Below, one piece after another: positions 1 to 12,400 of a DNA stretch of 64,000 nt; the stretch's first letter is position 1, and each line of letters opens with the position of its first letter. The translations under genes were made by a program, and so were the position numbers. Where the stretch lies: positions 36,065,401 to 36,129,400 of the forward strand of contig NC_068981.1 in the NCBI RefSeq assembly GCF_001194135.2, in the 5' to 3' direction. The notes under the pieces are model-generated. The model was not told the origin of the DNA, ran no database searches, and saw only the letters and a program-made list of their open reading frames with translations. Origin of the DNA: Octopus bimaculoides (Eukaryota).

Positions 1-120
1 ATTAATTCAGACTAAAATCTAAAGCTATAACAACTAACCTTAATCTATAATTCAAACCCAAATAGTAGCTATGATTCTAATGCACAATGGAAACAGACAC
101 ACACATACGCATATAAATAC

Positions 121-273
121 AATAGTCTTTCTACAGTTTCCATCTAACACTCAAGGCATTGGTCAACCTGAAACTATCTATAGTAGGAAGCACCTGCCTG
201 CAGATCCATACAAGGAGAATGAGTCCTAAACAGCATGGCTGGGAACTGAACTTTTTAACCACTTAGCCATACC
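121..273 (-). mobile_element. tRNA-derived SINE head (window family B), degenerate
   Basis: Reverse complement reads ggtatggctaagtggttaaaaagttcagttcccagccatg... and resembles the copies at 8995-9115, 22250-22402, 41870-42198 and 58217-58340. Confidence 0.6.
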
Positions 274-879
274 ATCTCAAATCCTGAACTTCTATCCAGC
301 TCTCAGACTGACTTTAACCAAATCTCATACATTACTGACAACTGTAGCCTAAACACAAGCTTTTATACTAATCTTAAATTATATCTAAATTCTAAAATTG
401 ATTTCAGCCAAAACATTAACTTAACCCATTTCCTAACCCTAACCTTAAGCATACGTTTTTAAAAACTTGTTGAAACATCTGAAGCTATTCCTAAACAGTA
501 TGCTAATCATGTTTCAAGTTGATTAGCAACTCATGGCTGATTCTCAGAAATTCCCTTTGATAATCAAGTGGTATATTTATTCACCCTGAAGAATGATAAA
601 AAACGAAATAGGCACACTTAAGCACTTAGTCATGCTCCCTCCAAGACTTTTTCCCCATTGGCTGCTGTAAGGGAAGAAAAAAACCCCATAAAAATAAGAT
701 AAAAGAAAAGAGATTGGGCGAAGCAGGGTTGGGTGAGGTAATAAAAATAAAAAAGAAAACACAAACAAGAAACTGAATCTATTAAAATGTTGCAACTGTG
801 ATATTGTAATGTTTTTTATTTGTTGTAGCCACACCATCAATAGCATTAACAGATAAATCAGCAATAACAAGCAAACAAG

Positions 880-1075
880 TGACCCTCTACGTGGTTGTTC
901 AAGCTGCAAGAAATAATAACCAAATCTCCTTCAAATTATGCACTTTTGACTGAAAAGAAATATACACTGGGTAATGTAATCCAAGATACGCTATGCATTT
1001 AAAAAAAAGAAAGAAAAAAGACAAGTTGGTTATGGCCTTTGATCATAGGATCAGGGTTGACAATGGTTAAACAAC
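880..1075 (-). repeat. Interspersed repeat (window family C)
   Basis: Reverse complement carries ctatgatcaaaggc...atttgaaggagatttggttattatttct, shared with copies at 4185-4440, 10550-10770, 18015-18200 and 25290-25465. Confidence 0.65.
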
Positions 1076-1099
1076 AAAACCAACCAGTATAAAGCAATA

Positions 1100-1545
1100 A
1101 GAACATGATCAATAAAAAATAATAACAACAACAACATCAACAGTAATAGTGACTGCAACAATGAAGGCAACAGCAACATCAGTGATGGCAGCAACAGCAA
1201 CAAAAGCATTTGTAAGCAAGAAAAAATAGCAATAACAACAATACTCTCCTTTACCATATGTGCCACTACCACCACAACCACCACGACAACCTCTACCACA
1301 ACAACAATGTTAGCATCAAGAAGAGTGCTCATATCGCTCCACCCCGACCACAGACATATACACTTCTCCATCCATCTCCACTCTCGTCAACAACTAAAGC
1401 AACGCTTTCCCAAGCAAATAACACATCAATGACTCCAAAACAACAACATAGACATAAACAGCAACAATAACAATGATGACTACAACGATAAACAACCATC
1501 GCCATAACAGCACCACCACCACTACCACCTGCAGTAATACAACCG
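1100..1545. repeat. Degenerate (CAA/CAC/CAG)n trinucleotide low-complexity tract
   Basis: Runs such as aacaacaacaac, caccacaaccac and cagcaacagcaac; these explain the overlapping Leu/Val/Gln/His-rich ORFs. Confidence 0.85.
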
Positions 1546-1737
1546 AAAGTAATATATAAACAGATCGTTTCTTTTTTAAACTTTTTTTCACTCAACCTTT
1601 TTTGAAGTACTGTATCCTTCAAAGCCCTCACCAAATATTTCCAATCTTAGAACATTTGCCATGTCAGCACTGCCATGGCATTCAACAAGATTTACTTTAT
1701 TCTTTGACTTTCTTCTACTTTTATGATCATTAGATTA

Positions 1738-1773
<36 letters not shown>

Positions 1774-1926
1774 GCAGTAGTAGTAGTAGCATTATTACTA
1801 TTAGTATTAACAGTAGCATGTTTTTTTGTTGTATTTTCAGGTTGTTAAATCAGAATACATTCTTCTATTTGGTTGTCAAAGAAACAAACATTATAATAGA
1901 ATAGACACACACGCAACACAACACAA

Positions 1927-1968
<42 letters not shown>

Positions 1969-1978
1969 NNNNNNNNNN

Positions 1979-2020
<42 letters not shown>

Positions 2021-2224
2021 TACCATAAAAATCCTTTACAATTTGTTATATAAAACCTTTTAAATGATGCCTTACTCAAGTATGTATAATATACATATTA
2101 TACATGTGTGTGAGAGTTCATAACTATATACATATACAAGTGTGGGACTGTTTGTGTAAATGTATACTTAAACATAAACACACACAGAGATATTGATAGT
2201 GAATCTGTCAATGATGATGATTCA

Positions 2225-2380
2225 GTTGTTCAATCAACTGAATAACCAACCGTTGAATTTACTTACACAAATGGCTGAATATTCCACAAACACATGTAAC
2301 CTTAATGTAATTCATAGATAGAATTAGCATAACACAGTGTGTGTGACCAGGCTATACCTTTTGAATTACAGGTACTACCC
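2225..2380 (+). repeat. Interspersed repeat (window family D)
   Basis: gttcaatcaactgaa...aatggctgaatattccacaaacac...tttgaattacaggtac matches 51130-51300 and, in part, 5600-5670. Confidence 0.6.
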
Positions 2381-2559
2381 ACCTGAAGTGCTTCTATAGA
2401 TTTTGTATCTTCCCAGTTTCACTTGCAAGGCAAATTCAACCTCAGTGGAATTTGAACTCAGATGTAATGACTATAGAAAATGACACTTGCCCAAGATGCC
2501 ATGCAGTGTCCTTGAATCCAAGACCTTGTGATAATGAAGTGTGTACATATATATATATT

Positions 2560-2725
2560 TAATTGCTGAAGTTGACTTTGCCTTTCATTCTTTTGGATTG
2601 ATGAAATAAGTACCAGTTGAGCACTGGGGTAGAGGTAATCAACTAGCCCCTTCCTCCCAAATTTTGGGCCTTGTGCATATAGTAGAAAGGATTATAATAA
2701 TAATAGTAATTATTATTATTATTAT
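2560..2725 (+). mobile_element. SINE (window family A), 3' part with (TAA/TTA)n tail
   Basis: gactttgcctttcattc...gatgaaataagtaccagttgagcactgggg...gggccttgtgc...agtagaaagg plus simple-repeat tail; same layout as 52341-52600. Confidence 0.75.
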
Positions 2726-3104
2726 GATGATGAGGATAATATGTATAGAGGAAGGCGTATAACTACATTCATATATTTCTCTCACTCTTGTCCTCTTTAT
2801 ATATATATATATATATATATAAAATTTAAAGGGAAAAATTTATAATTATTCCCTTATATGGTTTTCACGCTGACTACTTGATAAATTCTTATATAGATTT
2901 TATCCTATATTTAATTGTAAATTTAACTGGAATATATTCAGTGTTGAATTTTTCTGAATATACACATGTACTGAGATGTAAATTGAAAAGCCCACCTCTT
3001 ACATAGATATATAAGTGTGAACATTTCTATGTGCTATGTTGGATACATTTGGTGTTCGTCTGGTATGTTGAATTTTGTTCATTTTTATGTGTCTTGATTA
3101 TTCC

Positions 3105-3161
3105 TGCACTGATGATTAGAAAGTGGATTATGTACTCTAACTATGAAATCATATGTGTGCG
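3105..3161 (+). ncRNA. Degenerate type I minimal hammerhead-like motif (Penelope-type)
   Basis: TGCA-CTGATGA (3109-3115), TTAGA..TCTAA stem II, then ctat-GAAA-t-CATATG-T-g-TGCG. Core order is right, but there are 4 extra nt before GAAA and a G at the cleavage position. Confidence 0.35.
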
Positions 3162-3166
3162 ATATA

Positions 3167-3357
3167 GTGATCTCATATCAAGATAAACAGCGCATGACCT
3201 CGCAGGTGGGGCCCAGTTAGAATTTTCTTCAGGTCGAGTAGCCCATCCCGCTCAAAAGGTCCCTGAATAAGGTTTGTTTAAGGATGTTGAGCAAAACACC
3301 CATGTTTCCAAAGGTGAATTATTCAAACCCCAAAGAATTCCTCTCAACACATGGCTT
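3167..3357. repeat. GC- and CpG-rich insertion, probably a young interspersed repeat
   Basis: Abrupt switch to GC-rich sequence retaining several CpGs (cagcgcatgacctcgcagg, ggtcgagtagcccatcccgctc); it ends at a (TTA)n run. Single copy in this window. Confidence 0.4.
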
Positions 3358-4184
3358 ATTATTATTAGCAAATGTAGCATCCTCAATTACTGAGTGTTTG
3401 GATTATGTGGGCTATTATAATGATGATACTGTAAATTGATACCATAATGAAAATAGTGATTTTAATTGTTATTAATAGTCACTGTATTGTTGCTTAGGAA
3501 AGCATCTGTAACGCCTGATGATTCATGTTATAATCATCAGATGTTACCTTTAGATATCCTCATCATTTGATGACACCAGGTGAGAGAGACACCACATTTC
3601 TTCCCTAGTGCTTACAATATCTTGCATTACCACACCAACGTTTCACTCTCATATCCCAAATCTCTGATGATGACCACTGTACAAGTAATCTTGTATCTCT
3701 TACCACCAGCTGGCTAAGGTATCTAAAGGACAAATGATGAATCACTTATCATTTGGTCTAAAGCAGTGCCTAGAAAATTGTATTTTATGTGGTGTCACTG
3801 TTTGAATAAATATTTGTGTGTATGTATGTATTTGTACAAATGTATGGATGTATAAATATATATAAAATTGGATGGTTATGGTTGAAACATTTTCAGTTAT
3901 AGGTTTGCTTTATCAAGGCTAACTGGGTGTGGGATAGAGTGTTGGAGAAAGGGTCTGCTACGTTCAGTGATGAAGCCCCACAAATTGTTGAATATGATTT
4001 CTATGAAATATTATGTACTCTATGTAGAAGCGTAACAACCCTTCTAATCCCTTGCTTAATGATGGCCCTCATAATGCAAACCTACAAAGACATTCTAGCT
4101 ATGACCATTCATGCTTCAGCCATAATGTTGAAGGCTTTATTATCCAATGCATATTTCCTATGTTTTTTTTTAAAAAGGTGATGG

Positions 4185-4440
4185 TTGAGTGATTTGAGAG
4201 AGATTTTGTTGCTATTTCTAGCAACCTGCTCACCTGCATAGAGGCTTCTTCATCAAGTTCTAATATGTCATATCTGCTTGTTTAGTCCAAGATCAGCTGT
4301 GATTGAGCAAAGCTATGATCAAAGGCCTTCCAGCTATGACCATTCCAGTTCCTTTTTTTTACTTCAGGCATATCTATATCATTCAAAGTGTACATGTTAC
4401 TTTAAGTGATTTGAGAAAGATTTTGCAGCTATTTCTAACT
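4185..4440 (+). repeat. Family C repeat, two partial copies
   Basis: gtgatttgagagagattttgttgctatttctagc and gtgatttgagaaagattttgcagctatttcta flank ctatgatcaaaggccttccagctatgaccat. Confidence 0.6.
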
Positions 4441-5468
4441 CTTTGTACTACCACCTTATAGAAGCTCTTAGGTTGTGTTTGTAATGGCAATGATAGTGAT
4501 GTTGTTGCTAATAGTTCATGGTAGTTATAGCAGTGATAGTGTTCATGGCAGTGGTTGCTGCAATACATCAAAAGCTACATTAAATGCAGGTGTAAAAATC
4601 TTTTGATAGTTACTTCATTTCCAGTACATCTGATATGCTAAATATTCTCCCCACAAAAAAAGATTTTCCACTTTACAGACTCATCCGAGTTAGTTATTTA
4701 TTTTTATCTTCACTTCCAGTATTAATCATGTGTGTATGGCATGTATATACATGTATGTGTTTGTATATATGTCTATGCTTGTGCATGAGTAGGTCTGTAT
4801 GTGAATATATGTAGAAATGTTTGTTTATACATGGATAGATATATTCATTTACAAATATGTGTATGTATATATTTGAATTCATGCATGGATGTATAGTATG
4901 TATAAATGTACATATAAATGTGTGTGTGTGAGTACATGGATTTATATATGTGTATATATACACACATATTACACACAAACATGCTCATTTATGAATTTAT
5001 GAGTATATATATTTGTATAAATATTTCTAATTTTACTAAACACATATACAAATTTGTGCAGACATATATGAAATATATATATACATGCATACATACATAC
5101 ATACATATACTATACATGCATATATTATACATACATATATACATACATATGTGCATGTGTGTGTGTGTGTGTATGTGTGTGTGAATATATGTGTTGATTA
5201 CAGTTACACACAAATACATAAATATGCACATGTAATATACTATATTTTCAACAATAGTATAGCTTCTACTGTATATTGACTTAAATATACATACTGATCT
5301 GCATGATTAAGCTGTATTGCGTCCACTGATCATGACCACTGGTTCAATATCCTGTCAAAACACACACACACACACATTCACACAAAATTTACATTCACAC
5401 ACATCTATACAAATGACATCTGTATATCTAACATATTTGTGTACACAAACAGAGAGAGTGAGAAAGAG

Positions 5469-5509
<41 letters not shown>

Positions 5510-5861
5510 ACAAAACTGAAATAGAAAGGCATACACATACACACAGTTGTACATGATGATGACAGATCCTGCTGAGTTTATATGATGAGTTATCACTTAT
5601 ATTTAGCTGGACATTCTATTGCTCAGTTTAAGTGGATGAGTATTCCACAGACGTGTGCATCAGTATGATATTCTACATGACAAGCTGTTAATTTTGAATT
5701 AGCAGAACAGTACATCTGATATGCTTCATTGCAGTTTCTGTTTATCCCTTTCAGTCGCAAGGCATGGATAAAGAGGCTATGATAAAAACATACACATACA
5801 TACGTACATCATATACGCATATGCACATATATATATACATATATGTATATGTATATATGTA

Positions 5862-6095
5862 CAGGGCTGGCCAAAAGTCACCTGAGAGTAAATAAAAATT
5901 CCATAAATATTTAATATTCAATTTTATTTATTCATTCCAATTATGAATGTTTAATAATTGAATGCTATGAGTTAAAATCACCGTTTTTTTTTTAACATTT
6001 GTCTATTTATAAGCAAAGTCTCATATAAAATAACTTTTTGTTTTAATCTTGGAATTAAATGGTTTTGATTTACTGTCAGGTGACTTTGGCCAACC

Positions 6096-6098
<3 letters not shown>
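5862..6098. mobile_element. Tc1/mariner-type MITE (237 bp), TA target duplication
   Basis: TA|CAGGGCTGGCCAAAAGTCACCTGA ... TCAGGTGACTTTGGCCAACCCTG|TA: ~23-bp near-perfect TIRs, non-coding interior, set in a (TA)n context. Confidence 0.9.
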
Positions 6099-6149
<51 letters not shown>

Positions 6150-6229
6150 CACACACGCACATATTTATACACACATATATACACTTACATATACATATAT
6201 ACATACAGCTCTAAAAATCATGCTAAAAG

Positions 6230-6479
6230 TAACTTCGCCTGTGCTAGTGCCATGTAAAAAGCACCGAGTCCACTCTGCAGGAGTGGTGTTAGGAAGGGCA
6301 TCCAGCCGTAAAATCCATGGCAAAACAGACATAAGTAGCCTAGGGTAGTTTTTCTACCTGGCTGGCTCATGTCAACCGTCCTATTCATGCATGCATGGAA
6401 GATGGACGTTAAATGATGATGATACATATATACAGTCGAACCGTCCAACCCATGCTAGCATGGAAAACAAACGTTAAAC

Positions 6480-6512
<33 letters not shown>

Positions 6513-6647
6513 AATATATATATATATATATATATATATGGGTTGGACGGTTCGACTGGGGTCTGGGAAGCCAGGAGGCTGCACCAGGCTCCAGTTTGAT
6601 CTAGCAGTGTTTCTACAGCTGGATGCCTTTCCTAATGCCAACCACCA
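6230..6647. mobile_element. Cluster of three RTE-type 3'-tail fragments (+, +, -)
   Basis: ttaggaagggcatccagc...ggacgttaaatgatgat (6230-6423, +); short tail gtcgaaccgtccaacccatgctagcatgg...(GAT)n (6435-6512, +); (AT)n; then a minus-strand body, 6539-6647. Confidence 0.85.
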
Positions 6648-8994
6648 TATACATACTAATGAATATTTATATGTGTGTGTGTGTGATTTTAGAACATATG
6701 TCTTAACAACTCATCATGCCTGGATCCATGTTGTACAACATGTACACTAATATAAAAGCTATTTAGTATTGCCATAATATGGTTTGGTTGAATATATGGA
6801 AATATACTCAGTTGATGATCCAAGTCAATGTCAAGAATTTTCACATTAATGTTCGAGTATATTGCCACATTATTACTAACCCTTCACTGATACACAATCA
6901 GATTACTAGAAGTGCATGTTCAAGCTAACTTTGAATATTAGTTGATGTGGAGCAATACTAGATCATACTGAGAAGCACTAGGGATAGGAGCGTGTAGTTA
7001 TTTAGGTATGAAGGGAAGCAGTCTCTTGACCTGCTAGAATTAACCTTCCAAAGATCTCTATAAAATTACACTTCACTGTCTTAAAATCTATTCGTAAACA
7101 TTGGTAGTCTTACTGTAAGGATTTTGATTACAAATCTGTCAGATCAAAGCTGTTTGAACCAACAACAAGCACAATGTATATGCACATGTAGCTCTATGTA
7201 TAAACATATGTACACTGTACATACATACATGCTTGCTTACATACATACATACATATATATATATACACAACATACATGCTTACTTTCATATATACATATA
7301 CATATGTACATAAGAAGAAAATGTATGTACAAGTAATAGCATGATTAACAGTCACATTTGACCAACCCAAACCCACTTTGACAGAAATGATTTTTCACTG
7401 TCCATGAAAAACTTCCGTTATGATATGAACAACTTTCACATGAGAGACGAGAAAAAAAAAAGGAAGAAAAAGCAACTAAACATTATATATGTATGTATAC
7501 TGCACATACATACATATAAATTATATATATATACATGTATATATATTTACATACATAAGATGCATACACACATATATGGTATCAGATATTTAACAAATAT
7601 CTATAGATGAACCTTTCTTATCAAGTCTGACATTTGAAATTACCAGCATAGTGAAGGAAATTGCAAAAAGAACAAAAAAACTATAGGAATAAACATAATG
7701 ATAAAGATAAATAAATTTTTAAAAAAGTATGTTAAAGAAGCAAAAGTACACTTACATACATGCAAAGATAAGCAACACACATACAAAAAGCTTTAACTCC
7801 TTTTCACATGAGAAAACGATATTAAGATGATAGATAGGTTACAATTGAACAACTATTAAGCTCTCAACCAGTGAATAAAAATACCAAAAAAATATTACTG
7901 AAATAAAAAAGGATGGAACAAAACACACTAAAGAAAAATAAACAACACCAAAAAAATAATGTAAATAGCAGTGGACAAGAGATATCTCATTCATTTCATT
8001 TCGTTATGCCAGAATTTGTGTTCATAAGAACAGTAACATTGATATCATATATAAAATAGCAAGCTATTACATTAGATATATGCTGTGTATTTTATTAATT
8101 TTTTTTTTCTATTTTTAGTTTTCTTAATTTCTTTTTTGAATAGTTTAAATGAATATATATTTATCTAGTGTTCTATTAAATGAGATACTCTGTTATTTAG
8201 TTTTATCATTCTATGTTTTGAGTTCAAGACTCACTCTGGCCAATTTTAATCTTTCAGTATAATAAATGTGATGGAGTCAATGAAAATTGCCTATAAAGCT
8301 AACATTCTTCTAGGAATTAATCTTCTGCTTGAATCAAGAGAAATCAATACTTTAAATAAATACCAGTTATGTTTTAGGAATCAATTCAATCAACCACTAT
8401 GCTTCTTTACAAATTTCTAGCCCTACGCTGTAAAAATAAGAACTATCATATTTCATACTCTTATTGCTTTTAATACTGCTACTGGTTATCATCTGGTCAG
8501 CTGTTGTTAAGCCGACCAATGTCACCATTTAACCATGTGGAAACAACTCTTGAGTATTATGTGCAAGATATGATATCCCTTAGCCTAATACACGACCCAG
8601 TAAGATGAAAAAATAAGAATCATAACATAGAGCTATGATAGAAGTAAGTAGTCAGCAAACCACACCATAACATAGTGAATACTGTCCTTATTTTTGACTA
8701 TGGACAAGATATTTATATTTGTCCAACATCTATAATGCACATATGTATTGTCTTTTGTTTCCTATTTCATTTATATTACCTCAAGGAACCTGAGGATTAT
8801 TTTCTAACAGGATCTCTAATATTAGTAGGAAGAAGGGAATAAGGGAGGAAGTTATAAGAATGAAAACCAACAATGAATATGTGCAATATAATGTATTCCA
8901 CTGAAGACATTCATGGTCTAGATCACTGGATTACGTCTGCTACCCAAATACTAAAATACCTCTCAAACAAGCTTCTGTTAGTTTACATTTACCA

Positions 8995-9115
8995 GTCTTC
9001 ACTCACAAAGCTTTGGTAGATCCAAAGCTATTGTAGAAGACACTTTTCCAAGGTGCCATGCAGTGGGATTGAACCCATAGCCATGCAACTGCAAAGGAAA
9101 CATCTCCACACACCT
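8995..9115 (-). mobile_element. Family B SINE head
   Basis: Reverse complement: gggttcaatcccactgcatggcaccttggaaaagtgtcttctacaatagc...aaagctttgtgagtg, including a B-box-like GGTTCAATCC. Confidence 0.75.
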
Positions 9116-10779
9116 CTTTTCATATCTATACTTAGATTTGATGAAACATTTATTTTTCTTTGTAAATATTTTGGTGCATTCTATTTGATGATTGACCAAC
9201 CATCTGGTTTGTCCGGTCTCTGATTGGTACTACATATTGATTCTACTATAACAGTATACCTTACAGAGAAATAGTATCTTTTTAATAAATTAGAGCAACT
9301 ATTGACTATATTGGTTATGTATCACAGAAAATCTTGATGCAGTCAACATTTTCTACCACTTGCCTGAGGCTTACAAGTTTGTCTACTTACACACACAAAC
9401 ATGTGTGTATGTATGTGTGTATGTGCACATATGTATGCATATAGAAACAAATGTTTTTACGTATACAGTCAGTATCTGTAAATTCTGTGACTACATAAAA
9501 ATGTATTTGTGCACATGCATGTGTATGCATGTATATGTGTGTATATATATGTACATATATATACACACACACACACCTATATCCACACACACATATGTAC
9601 ATACACACACTCACATGATCATGCAGTGGCCTCATTTGATATCTAATAAACCAGCTAGTGTGTGTATAAATCATGCTACTAAATTATAAAGTAGATTTTC
9701 TCCCATTGCAACATGGCTGCCACCAGAAATAATTGAACCAACCAATCTTAATCACAATGAATTGTAAATGCTTAGTGAAGAGATTAATGTTTCATACCCA
9801 GGAAATGTGTGATTCCTATGTAGACACATTGTCTTTGAGGTCCTTCCTGGCACTTATAGATTTTTATGCTTTTAAGTGCGAATATGTGTGCATGTGTGTG
9901 TTTATTTTTATCTATGTATAGTTCCATGTGACTATCTATATGTGTGTGTTTGTCTATTACTATGGGAATATTACTGTTATATGAATGTGTGTATGTTATT
10001 TACGTAGATCTGATCATATGTCTATTTAAAAGTGTACATGTATATGTATGTATTTGAGAAGTAAAGAAAGAGGTAGAGAGAGAGAGAGAAGGTAAGAGAG
10101 AGGGAGAGGGAGATAGAGAGAAAGATAAAGAGAGAGAGAGAGAGAAAAGGGGAATTTGCTATTTATGCATGTATGTACTAGTACAGTTAATGTACAACAG
10201 CTTTTTTCTCCCCCATTTCCTGTCTAATACTTAATCTTTTCCAACTAATGAATAAAACAACAGCATTAATTTGTTTAATGTTTTTTATGGTGATCGATCA
10301 AAAGCAATTACAGTGGTTGAGGGATTAAGCTACTGGATTACTTCTCCAAGTGACAAGAGTTCACACCCTATCATAAGTTTTGCTCAGTACACAAACTATG
10401 GCATTATTTTTACCACATCTATTGAATTGAGTAGCTGGTGTTTAGGAGGGCATCCAGCTATAAAATATCTATTCCAACAATTTCTAAATCCCCACAAAAT
10501 GCTATAGATGTCAAGCAATTTATTTCCATATATTACTGTTGTGTAGCTAAGCTTTAGTCAAGTAGAACTATGGTCAAAGGCATCACAGCAATTACCATTT
10601 ATCTCTCTGTTTCTCTCTCTCACATTTTTTTTGCTTTTTTTTGTTTTCCATATCTACAATTACACTGTAAAATGTGCCCTTTTTTTAAAAATGGTAGCAT
10701 GAAATTTGAGGGAATTTGGTTGTTAATAGTAAGGAGATTGAGTGACTCAGTGCAGGATTCTTTGATGGGTCAATCTCTA

Positions 10780-11110
10780 TGTGATTTAAAAAGGTGAATC
10801 TTGCATCCTGAAACAGCTTCACTTTGGCTTTCTCACACAAGGTCAAAGGAACCTGGATATCTCCTATTTCAAAAACTGATTTGAAGACAGTATCTAGTAT
10901 CGGAGCATGACACCTCAAACTACTAAAATCTTTTGCCAATAACAATACTAGTTACTGTGCAGCAACTTTGGTGAGTTATGTTGAAGCAGGTTTATTACTG
11001 TTAGAGAGAAGAGAGAGGCTATAGTATAGAAACTTCTGATAGGGACTGTCTTGTATCACAACTGGCCTTGTGTAAGCAGTTCGTATGTAAGCTACATCTC
11101 GATCCATTAG
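10780..11110 (+). pseudogene. RTE (BovB-like) LINE ORF C-terminal remnant
   Basis: Translates ESCILKQLHFGFLTQGQRN..., resembling the RTE motif xRIPKQLLxGELxxGKR; several stops. Confidence 0.45.
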
Positions 11111-11264
11111 AAATATAACTGTCTGTATCACCTTTTTAACTAGCACTAGACCACTAGCCTAATACATAACATCATAATAAATGTTTACCTTTCGTGTGTA
11201 TAATAGCTTTATGATGATGTTATTGTAACAAACTAATGAAGATAATAATTTCTTACAGAGATGT

Positions 11265-11530
11265 ACAAGTGAGAGGTTTAGCTGATTGCATCAACCTCAG
11301 TATTTGATTAATACTTTATTTTATCAACCACAGAAGGATGAAAGACAAAGTTGACTTCAGTAGAATTTGAACTCAGAATGTAAAGAACTGGAACAAATAC
11401 CACAAAGTTTTTTTTCCAATGCTCAAACCCCAAATTGACCACTGTATTTGACTGGTACTATATCTAATTGAGCTCAGAAAGATGAAAGGCTGAGTGGAAT
11501 TATCAGGATTTGAACTCTGGACATAAAAAG
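11265..11530 (-). mobile_element. Two tandem family A SINE fragments
   Basis: gaaggatgaaagacaaagttgacttcagtagaatttgaactcagaa and gaaagatgaaaggctgagtggaattatcaggatttgaactc are reverse complements of the family A core and B-box. Confidence 0.7.
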
Positions 11531-11809
11531 CCTGCAGAAAGGAAGAAGGAGAATGAAAATGAGAAGAAATGATGATGACAAGATATTTAAGCAAGAAACT
11601 TCAGATTCTGAAACCACACACACACACACACACTTTATACTATAAGTAATTAAAGCCAAAAATATTACAATAAGCATGTCTTATCAAAAGTAGGAATTGA
11701 AACTGAGTAGCAATCTCAGTGTACTAAAAAACTCAAGCTTATATGACAACCAAAACAGGTAAGTTACTACAACTGCACAACAAATCACTGTGTGCTTGTG
11801 TTTGTTTAA

Positions 11810-12046
11810 CCCTTTCACTTAATACAGGACTTTTGTTGCAGACTTCTGAATCAAATTTATTTGATTTACCAACAACAGGATGCTGTATTTGACAACAGGC
11901 AAATAAGATTTGTTCAAATTTTCATAAATGGTAAAAGAATAAAAAGGAAAAAAATGTAAGAGACATTTTTGAGACCATCTTAAACTGACATATTTTATCC
12001 CGGCATGATGCAGATCTAGGCTGCAGATAATGCTGTACTGAGAGGG
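11810..12046. mobile_element. piggyBac-type MITE, TTAA target duplication
   Basis: TTAA|CCCTTTCACT ... ACTGAGAGGG|TTAA: short imperfect TIRs, 237 bp, non-coding. Confidence 0.55.
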
Positions 12047-12348
12047 TTAAAGACCATGACATATGTCACATAAGACTTTATATATTCCTTGTTATTCTCA
12101 CTTCATTAAAATACAAACAGAAGAGGACAAACATGCACAAAATTTTTAAATGTGTATGTATGTATATGTATACACAAACACACACACATGTATACATATA
12201 TATGCACAGACATATACACACACACATTTTCATACTTTCAGTGAAAATTGTTGCTATTCATTGCCTCTCATGCTTTATCGCTTTATCTTTCTGTCATGTT
12301 TCTCTCCTTCAGCCCATTGTTGTTTCTTCACAGTCTGTCTGTCTGCCG

Positions 12349-12400
<52 letters not shown>

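Noticed and set aside
1258-1470. His/Asn/Gln-rich ORF resembling a transcription-factor low-complexity region
   Set aside because: It is explained by trinucleotide repeats, with no domain or splice support.
3960-4030. Hammerhead-like gtgatgaag...ctatgaaatattatgta
   Set aside because: The core C is missing and stem I does not pair.
10685-10945. Protein-like minus-strand ORF (APILDTVFKSVFEIGDIQ...)
   Set aside because: It is antisense to an RTE remnant and a family C repeat.
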